13,532 bases of DNA from Pseudomonadota bacterium (GTDB lineage Bacteria; Bdellovibrionota_B; Oligoflexia; Oligoflexales; CAIMVM01), in assembly GCA_037142195.1 (NCBI GenBank), contig JBAXBA010000091.1, positions 1 through 13,532 of the forward strand, read 5' to 3'. A model generated the notes under the pieces. That model saw only the letters and a list, made by a program, of their open reading frames with translations, had not been told where the DNA came from and made no database searches. Both the position numbers and the translations under genes were made by a program. Shown one piece after another: positions 7,199-13,532 of this stretch. Position 1 is the stretch's first letter. Each line of letters begins with the position of its first letter.

Positions 7199-8492
7199 CA
7201 AACTTTACATTCTTGGCTACAAAACCGATAGAAGCAACGCCTTTCAATAGAGATGGAATGGCAGTTTTTGATTCGGCTAATTCAGGAACTATTTTAAAAG
7301 GCATGAAACTGGGATTGGAATATGCTTTTTCAAGATCGATAGACACCTTGGAGGCGTCTACATCCCGCATGCAATCTCGCCCCAGCTGAACTACAACCTT
7401 GTAGTCTTCAACATCTTTCACACTAGAAAAAGGTAAAGACTTAAGTTTCGAAGCCTTCTCTACATTGGAATTATAAGAAGCTAATTCACGGCAAGCACTG
7501 GAATCAAGACCTTTTGATTGAGCCTGTAAAGCAATATCCCCTAATGCCAAGTAGTGAAAAGGAGAAACCTCATAACCCTCTCCCTTTGGAATCTTTGATG
7601 TCATTTGAAACAACTGACTGGCATTAAAAGCAATGTTACCCATTTTTTCTAGATTAGACTCTGCTTTCGGTTTTGAGGCAACATTTCCATTAGGATTGAT
7701 TTTGTAATAGAAATCATACTGCCCCGGCAGAGCCAGCGAATGGGAGCGATAGTAATGGCCCAATTCGTGCGCCAAAACACCAACCATGGAGGATTCCTCT
7801 TTCATCATGTCTAATATAGGTGCCAGCACAACAAACCAGTTGGGAATCTCAAAAAGAACCAACTTGTTTGCACTCATGCTTGCTATAGGGCTCCCATTTT
7901 CTCGAATTCCTTTGCAGCCTGATCCAAACTCTATTTTAGAAGGGCTCAGAGTCACCCGACACCCAGGTGCACTCGCTTCATATTCCTTTATAATATCTGC
8001 CAAGTCCGAGAGATCGCCAGGAAGGCACCGGCTTAATAGACCACCCTCCCCTTCTGAAAGAGCAATAGGTGTCTCTTTTCCTTTGTTAAAAAGAATTGCT
8101 GATACGCTGCTACCGCCTCCTCCGACGGATGTCGCGATGTCGTAGCAAACGGGGGTTGAAGAAACGAATGCATTGGCTTCTTTTGAATTAAGTATGACAA
8201 CATTTGGCTTTGGAATGTTCTTCATTCCTACTGGGTCTACAGATCTTAAATGGGCGTCAAATTTGTCAGTCCAAACTTGAAGTTTTTGTGTCATAGGATT
8301 TGTGCTGTCTAACGCACTTTGAGAATTCGTTTTAAGGACTATTGTGAGAAATTGCTCTTTGGAAAGCTCCACCCAATTCGATTTCAAAGCGCTTCTAACC
8401 GGCTTCCCACTGTCATGTTTTAGGGTACTCACAGAACCACTACAAGACGCAACCCAAACACCGATCATCCCAACTTGTAATTTTCTAAGCAT
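6642..8492 (-). CDS. M48-like zinc metallopeptidase, putative lipoprotein
   Basis: Motifs ANAFV, GVLAHELGHY (HExxH) and EQEADDF (third ligand, ExEAD), plus a distal His-containing HHGTCYR. Start revised to ATG 8492 (AGGGG RBS; MLRKLQVGMIGVWVAS-C lipobox), giving 616 aa. Confidence 0.85.
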   Translation of the reverse strand: MLRKLQVGMIGVWVASCSGSVSTLKHDSGKPVRSALKSNWVELSKEQFLTIVLKTNSQSALDSTNPMTQKLQVWTDKFDAHLRSVDPVGMKNIPKPNVVILNSKEANAFVSSTPVCYDIATSVGGGGSSVSAILFNKGKETPIALSEGEGGLLSRCLPGDLSDLADIIKEYEASAPGCRVTLSPSKIEFGSGCKGIRENGSPIASMSANKLVLFEIPNWFVVLAPILDMMKEESSMVGVLAHELGHYYRSHSLALPGQYDFYYKINPNGNVASKPKAESNLEKMGNIAFNASQLFQMTSKIPKGEGYEVSPFHYLALGDIALQAQSKGLDSSACRELASYNSNVEKASKLKSLPFSSVKDVEDYKVVVQLGRDCMRDVDASKVSIDLEKAYSNPSFMPFKIVPELAESKTAIPSLLKGVASIGFVAKNVKFASKSLTEKVLVDMEAANVSVDQEIRQILAGAYKTGLGQYTIEQEADDFSVELLQGTQVGGAAAVTAYLNLLPETTRFGGFDLSRERCQEIYTNNWVDPKGEFQVDLMPIGNYSEVHHGTCYRVYNADREITAHGYSAKGSVSFSASEWSDLKQRVTSDIPRLGVFERGAGFSLGQDSCPFEQPRY

Positions 8493-8899
8493 ACTTTCTG
8501 AGACCCCTTGTGCTTGATGCACATGACAGTAATAAATCAGCCGGGATCGAACTTTCAACTCCAAATTTCATATTAAATATAGAGCCGAAATCCCCATTTA
8601 AATCATTGCGATAGGACCTGCCGAGAGAAGGGTTTTTTATTCATACCAACTCCTCTCTTTAATTCCATCTTAAATAGGAATCCAGATAAATTCAGGAAAA
8701 GGTAAGCTTACAAAGGAAAAACTAACACTCATCTTTAGGATACGAGAAGATAGTCTTTATAATATCAGGGGATATTGGGCATCGATGCCTATTCCCATAT
8801 ATAGTGACCCAGAGAACAAACGGCATTAACTCTATTTTTCTGGGAGATCTTAAGAAGGGTATGGAATTGCTATAGACGGCAAATTAAGAAGCTTAAATG

Positions 8900-8928
8900 A
8901 AAAAAGTCCTAGAAGTACTTCTAGGACT
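8900..8928 (-). terminator. Rho-independent terminator of the beta-barrel gene
   Basis: 24-bp perfect palindrome AGTCCTAGAAGTACTTCTAGGACT (8905-8928) followed by a T-run on the minus strand, 25 nt after the stop at 8954. Confidence 0.8.
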
Positions 8929-8953
8929 CATTAAAAATCGACTTAATCAACTG

Positions 8954-9604
8954 CTAAAATGAGTACCCTAGAGTCAAGATAGGCTCGAATAAAGTCCCTT
9001 TAGAGTCTCTGGACAGATCCTCGACGAGCATTTTTTGGCGTTTGTTATCTACAGCTTCCCCTGTTGCGGAGGTTGAACTTACTTCATTTGTAGCTACTTT
9101 TAGCCCCATATCAACTAGTAAGGAAAAACCGTTTTCATAGATCCAGCTCCAGCCTACGGGAACTTTTACTTTTGTGGTCTTGCTGGAATATTCCAAATTG
9201 GTATCAGCCTCATTCAATGTGGTACCTTCATTATCCACTGCCAAACTGTACTGTGAAGTCGTGGACTTTAGCCCTAATCCAAAGAAGAACGCCGATGTGC
9301 TCCACGGATAATAGTGTACGAAAGTATCTATCCCTCTAGACTTGGTTTCGTTCGTTGTAAATTGATCAGATCCAAACTCCTTTGAATTTTCAGCGGAATG
9401 AAGAATCTTATCATTTTTTCTCCTATACGACTGAAAGACAGCACCCACGCCGACGTGGCCGTTGGGACGATAGATCGCTCCAGGTGCTGTAAATACCGTC
9501 GCAGTTACATTTCTGTTTTCCCGAACTTTCTGCGCATTAGAGGTCGCGCACGCCTGGGACATCATTACAAAGAGAACGAGTCCTAAACCTTTAATTTTTT
9601 TCAT
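8954..9604 (-). CDS. Putative small outer-membrane beta-barrel protein
   Basis: 216 aa. Signal peptide, amphipathic strand-like segments (FVHYYPW, FFFGLG, VGWSW, LLVDMG) and C-terminal beta-signal LTLGYSF. AGGAG RBS at 9610-9614. Confidence 0.75.
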   Translation of the reverse strand: MKKIKGLGLVLFVMMSQACATSNAQKVRENRNVTATVFTAPGAIYRPNGHVGVGAVFQSYRRKNDKILHSAENSKEFGSDQFTTNETKSRGIDTFVHYYPWSTSAFFFGLGLKSTTSQYSLAVDNEGTTLNEADTNLEYSSKTTKVKVPVGWSWIYENGFSLLVDMGLKVATNEVSSTSATGEAVDNKRQKMLVEDLSRDSKGTLFEPILTLGYSF

Positions 9605-9616
9605 AGGGTCTCCTAA

Positions 9617-9637
9617 GAGTTACGATAATCGTAATTC
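9617..9637. promoter_or_regulatory. 7-1-7 palindrome, candidate Fur/PerR-family operator
   Basis: TTACGAT-A-ATCGTAA at 9620-9634, immediately upstream of the barrel gene's RBS. Confidence 0.4.
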
Positions 9638-9670
9638 AATCTAAGACCAGGTTGAGAGGGCAAAATATGC

Positions 9671-12145
9671 TCAGCGATGCCTGCCGCTAAGGACAGGTGG
9701 AGCCTGGGACGGATCATCAGGCCAGGGATGTTTAGGGTACCGACTTTTCATTTCTTTTTGTATATCCCGGTAGGAGCCCGTCCAAAATCGGACAATGTCA
9801 GCTGTGACCTGAAGCGGTTTGCCACCTGGCGATAACAGGTGAATCGTCAAAGGAATTTGAAACCGACTGAGGGTAAAGTTTTTCTTTGCAGAAAAAAACT
9901 CTTGTAGCTTAGCCTGTATCCAAGGATCTTTGTCTTCTTCATAATGAATCTCCACTTCCCGACCACTTGGAATTTTTATTTTAATGGGGAACTCTTTCAA
10001 ATAGAAGTTCCACATCTCAAAGCCAAGGTGGGCGGTAAGCGCCGTTGTAATAGACCCCCGTCTCACTTCAGCTATGGTTTTAAATTCATCGGCAATGAAC
10101 GAAATTACCAGATCTAAAAATTCTCCTTCTAATTTCGTAAAGTCATGCTTGAAACCACGACGATCGAGCAAGTCTATGACATGGTGATAAGTCTCAAGTG
10201 TCCGATAATCCTTAAAAATCCTCGGCCATCCAGCTCTGATTTCGGACTCTAAACCCTTAACAACCAGTGACTTTCTAACTCTTTTTTCCTCAAGAACAAG
10301 CGTGTCATAAAAAGTTCTTTCCACTTCATAAACAAGCCCATCACTTAATGAATTTTCCATAACCGTTTCCACTTTGACTCTTGGAAGCTTCATTAAAACG
10401 TTTTTTTCTACAGGGGCGGCGATGTTAATAAGGGTTTTTCGAGTTTGTCCCGTATTAATCTCTGTGGCGCCTAAAACGATTAAAAGCTCCCTAGGAGGGG
10501 CAAGCTGTTCCAGAGTGCCACTGCGTCCGAGGGAAAATGCGTATTCTGCGCGAAACTTTCCATTGGATAACTGTTCTGCACCTTTTGGGAGGATCTTTCC
10601 TAGCCTATCAGCAAAACCAGCTAGTATAATTTGAGTGGCAATCTGAGTATCAGGGACGGAATTTTCCGTATTGGATTCCCTATCCTGTCTCCCTTTGGGA
10701 GAGGCAAGGCTCCTGAAAAATCTTTCTATCCTCTCTGATTCGGGCCCCTGTTTCTTTCCTCGCATCCGATCCATGGTGTCCGAAACGATATCTGGGGTAT
10801 CTGCCCCACCTTCAGAAAGCTGGGCACAAATCCAAGCTGCGAAGCTTCTGTACCCTAGGCGTTCGCCATGTATGAGAATCGCACTCAGTCTCGGATGCAT
10901 GGGTTTCCTTGCCATCTGGGTTCCAAGACTGGAGACTCCCGTTTCATGGATAGCACCAAGACTTCTCAAGGTATTCACGGCTGACTTGACATGATCGAGT
11001 TCTGGCAGCTGAAACCATTCAAAATGATAGTGAACATCGCCTCCGTCTTGAATCGAAAGCAATTTAAGGCTGTACAATTCAAGAAGCGTTTGCGTCATAT
11101 CAACACGACTAATTTCAGGGGCAGTAAAATCGTTTCGATAGTCGAATTCTCTTTGCGAATATAGGCGAACACAAACTCCAGCTTCGACCCTTCCAGCTCG
11201 CCCCATGCGCTGGACCGCCGAATCCTTGGCAATTTTCTTTTTCTCTACAATGGGAAGCCCGGACCACGGTGAGTACCTTCCACTGAGGTGCCATCCACTA
11301 TCAAGGACCAAGGTAACGCCTGGAAGCGTAAGGGAAGTTTCTGCAACGTTAGTTGCTAAAATGATCTTAGGTTTAGTCCCACTGTATATTTTCGGAAGGC
11401 TCGTCCTGGCTAATTCAGAAGTCAGAGGCAAAACCTCAAACTGGCCCCATTCACTTTCAAGTCGAGATAAAGCACCTAAAATCTCTGACGTTGAGTAAAG
11501 AAAGACTAAAACATTTCCAGATTTGTAGTGGCTTTTAATAGCTCGGGAGATTTGTCTGTCTATGAATTCTGATGCCTGGGGTTCTTGATAGCGCGGCTCC
11601 ACGCTATATACGCGTCCCTTAATATCGACAGTGGAAGCTTGGGGCATCCAATTCTTAAGCGCACCCAGATCGATAGTTGCAGACATGACGATCAGACGAA
11701 GATCTTTTCGAGTTGTCTCTTGCAATTTCCTAACGAGGGCAAGGGCTAAATCTGTATGAAGACTTCGTTCATGAAACTCATCAATAATTACAGCTTTGAT
11801 CTCGGAAAGGGACTCATCTTCAACCAGAAGCCGTAGAAATAATCCTTCGGTAATAAAAAGAATTTTAGTGGCATTGGAAACTTGCGCCTCATAGCGCACC
11901 CTATACCCGACAGTCCTGCCCACCGCCTCGCCGATAGACTGAGCTACATGCTCTGCTGAAAGTCTTGCCGCAATTCGCCTGGGTTCAAGGACCACAATGG
12001 ATCCACCCAAGGCTCCAAAAGCGAATAGAGGCACTCGAGTCGTTTTGCCGGAACCTGGTTCTGCTCTAATAATAAGCTGATTAGAACCAAGAATTTCCTC
12101 TTCAATTTGGACTTTTGCATCTTCAATGGGAAGTCTGATCATCAC
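9671..12145 (-). CDS. hrpB: ATP-dependent DEAH-box RNA helicase HrpB
   Basis: Motifs AEPGSGKTT, EPRRIAAR, TEG, DEFHERS, MSAT, LATNVAETSLT and QRMGRAGR. HrpB C-terminus LLSP..PLQVT.D...FW.GSY...KEM..RYPKHPWPDDP. Start is GTG 12145 or ATG 12142. Confidence 0.95.
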   Translation of the reverse strand: MMIRLPIEDAKVQIEEEILGSNQLIIRAEPGSGKTTRVPLFAFGALGGSIVVLEPRRIAARLSAEHVAQSIGEAVGRTVGYRVRYEAQVSNATKILFITEGLFLRLLVEDESLSEIKAVIIDEFHERSLHTDLALALVRKLQETTRKDLRLIVMSATIDLGALKNWMPQASTVDIKGRVYSVEPRYQEPQASEFIDRQISRAIKSHYKSGNVLVFLYSTSEILGALSRLESEWGQFEVLPLTSELARTSLPKIYSGTKPKIILATNVAETSLTLPGVTLVLDSGWHLSGRYSPWSGLPIVEKKKIAKDSAVQRMGRAGRVEAGVCVRLYSQREFDYRNDFTAPEISRVDMTQTLLELYSLKLLSIQDGGDVHYHFEWFQLPELDHVKSAVNTLRSLGAIHETGVSSLGTQMARKPMHPRLSAILIHGERLGYRSFAAWICAQLSEGGADTPDIVSDTMDRMRGKKQGPESERIERFFRSLASPKGRQDRESNTENSVPDTQIATQIILAGFADRLGKILPKGAEQLSNGKFRAEYAFSLGRSGTLEQLAPPRELLIVLGATEINTGQTRKTLINIAAPVEKNVLMKLPRVKVETVMENSLSDGLVYEVERTFYDTLVLEEKRVRKSLVVKGLESEIRAGWPRIFKDYRTLETYHHVIDLLDRRGFKHDFTKLEGEFLDLVISFIADEFKTIAEVRRGSITTALTAHLGFEMWNFYLKEFPIKIKIPSGREVEIHYEEDKDPWIQAKLQEFFSAKKNFTLSRFQIPLTIHLLSPGGKPLQVTADIVRFWTGSYRDIQKEMKSRYPKHPWPDDPSQAPPVLSGRHR

Positions 12146-12211
12146 AAATCCATTTCTTTGTCAATTTGCAAGATTAGTCTAAAATAGAATTCAAATCTAT
12201 GAGGTTTATCA

Positions 12212-12754
12212 TTGCTTAAGAGACTCTCTAAAAACAATGCCGCGTTACTCATTCTATTGGCTCTGATTAGTTGGCTCGGTTACGACAGCTATAGGCAACA
12301 GTTCCTCGTTCCCAAAGGTTCCAAACTCCCCTTTACTAGATTTAGAAGTATCGATGGCATCACAAGTCAGCCCCTCCCCAAAGAGAAAGTATTTCAAATT
12401 TTATTTCTATTTTCACCCTCGAAAAAAGAAAGTCGATGGGCGGCTAAAAGTCTCAATATGGTTAAATCCATTCTTCCTGAGAATTTCAAAATATTTTCCA
12501 TTGCCCAAAATTATAAGTCGACTGAAGAAGTTTTGGAATTTAAGCAGGCCGCCTTGGACGTGGAAGCTTTTTTTGGCTATCAAAAAGCTTTGGACGCTTA
12601 TAAAGTAAAAGAATTGCCTATGTTCTATTTTGTAAACCCCCAAGGCACGATTACAGCATCCACGATAGGCTTTACGACGCCAATTGGAATTCTGATCAGG
12701 GCCTATTTTAGTTCCGAAGATAAAGAAGAAAATAAATGGTACCTTAAATTTTAA
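12212..12754 (+). CDS. Membrane-anchored TlpA/thioredoxin-fold protein lacking cysteines
   Basis: N-terminal TM helix, then GSKLP..F.SIDG, LFLFSP and YKVKELPMFYFVNPQGTI (cis-Pro region of TlpA-like proteins). No Cys anywhere. TTG start with GAGG at 12201-12204. Confidence 0.75.
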   Translation: MLKRLSKNNAALLILLALISWLGYDSYRQQFLVPKGSKLPFTRFRSIDGITSQPLPKEKVFQILFLFSPSKKESRWAAKSLNMVKSILPENFKIFSIAQNYKSTEEVLEFKQAALDVEAFFGYQKALDAYKVKELPMFYFVNPQGTITASTIGFTTPIGILIRAYFSSEDKEENKWYLKF

Positions 12755-12886
12755 GGCGTTGATTCTTTCGCCTTGATGAAAGAGATCGATTTTGGGAATT
12801 CCAGAAAGGTCTCGCGCTTTTCACTTGCAGTAGGAAAGAAAGACTGGCTCTAGAAAGAAAAACCTCCTAAGGAAAACACGGTGTTG

Positions 12887-13532
12887 TTAGCGATTGATGC
12901 GAAGCTCGGCGGACTTCACTTCAGGATGGGAAGTAATCTTCAGCTGGACTACTCCTGCCTTCTTTGCGACTAAATTACCCTGTTCATCGATTTCTGCAAG
13001 ATTGCTATCACTTACCTGTATCGGACCCAAATCGCCTGAAACTTGATATTTTAGCTTTTGTCCGACCTTAGCCACTGAAAAGCTCGGATATATAATTGGC
13101 ATGGAGGAGACCACAGACTCTTCTGCATTCACAAGGCATTTGCAAAGTGTCTCGGCTGTGATCTGAAGTCCCGTTTGCTGTAATCGAGAGATCACTTCCG
13201 CTGGAGAAAGGGCCTCCCTAGAGAGAGTCAGTGCAGCTACCCCCGCGACTACTGCCGCTGAAAATGCTGTACCACTCACTCGCCCATAACCACCCTTGGG
13301 GAGGGTACTTAAGATATTGTCTCCTGGTGCCAATATGGAAACAGAATTTAGCCCAAAGTTGGCCCAGCTAGATTTCGCATTCAATTGGTTTGTGGAAGTG
13401 ACTGAGACCACATTGGGAAGGCGAATGTTTGCGGGATAGATATCGACATTATCATTGGAACGTCCTTGATTGCCTGCTGGTGTGTTGAAGCAAAACTTCA
13501 ACACCGATGACATGGCGCACAAAATTCCGCGT
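12887..13532 (-). CDS. S8 subtilisin-like protein, 3' part only, with C-terminal Ig-like (Big_2-like) domain; catalytic Ser replaced by Ala
   Basis: Motifs PAGN, YPA, NVVSV, SSWANFG, LAPG.NILST and SGTAFSAAVVAGVAAL. C-terminal VSDSNLAEIDEQGNLVAKKAG. The frame stays open to the window edge. Confidence 0.85.
   Translation of the reverse strand, partial: RGILCAMSSVLKFCFNTPAGNQGRSNDNVDIYPANIRLPNVVSVTSTNQLNAKSSWANFGLNSVSILAPGDNILSTLPKGGYGRVSGTAFSAAVVAGVAALTLSREALSPAEVISRLQQTGLQITAETLCKCLVNAEESVVSSMPIIYPSFSVAKVGQKLKYQVSGDLGPIQVSDSNLAEIDEQGNLVAKKAGVVQLKITSHPEVKSAELRINR
13482..13504. repeat. Palindromic hairpin inside the S8 reading frame
   Basis: GTGTTGAAG-CAAAA-CTTCAACAC, 9-bp perfect stem. Confidence 0.7.

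Noticed and set aside
8768..8796. Hairpin centred on GGCATCGATGCC in the intergenic region
   Set aside because: Single copy, no U-tract and no assignable function.
13482..13504. CRISPR repeat
   Set aside because: Single copy, no spacers and no cas genes in the window.

Overview
AT-rich bacterial chromosome segment. The lipoprotein-rich content, HrpB and an S8 protease with a C-terminal Ig-like domain suggest Bdellovibrionota/Oligoflexia (inference only). From left to right it holds: a degenerate tRNA/tmRNA-like T-arm at the edge; a pentapeptide-repeat gene; two tandem uncharacterised lipoproteins that appear to share a domain; a monofunctional proline dehydrogenase; a ~2.1-kb accessory unit; an M48-like zinc-peptidase lipoprotein; a small beta-barrel-like protein; hrpB; a cysteine-free TlpA-like protein; and the 3' part of an S8 homolog whose catalytic Ser is Ala. 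The accessory unit is the most striking structure. A BrnT/BrnA-type toxin-antitoxin operon and a decayed IS3 OrfA lie between two ~595-bp direct copies of the peptidase gene's 3' end (offset 2083 bp). The copies share an identical 468-bp core and differ only at their edges. No CRISPR array, rRNA, intact tRNA, integrase or reverse transcriptase was found.
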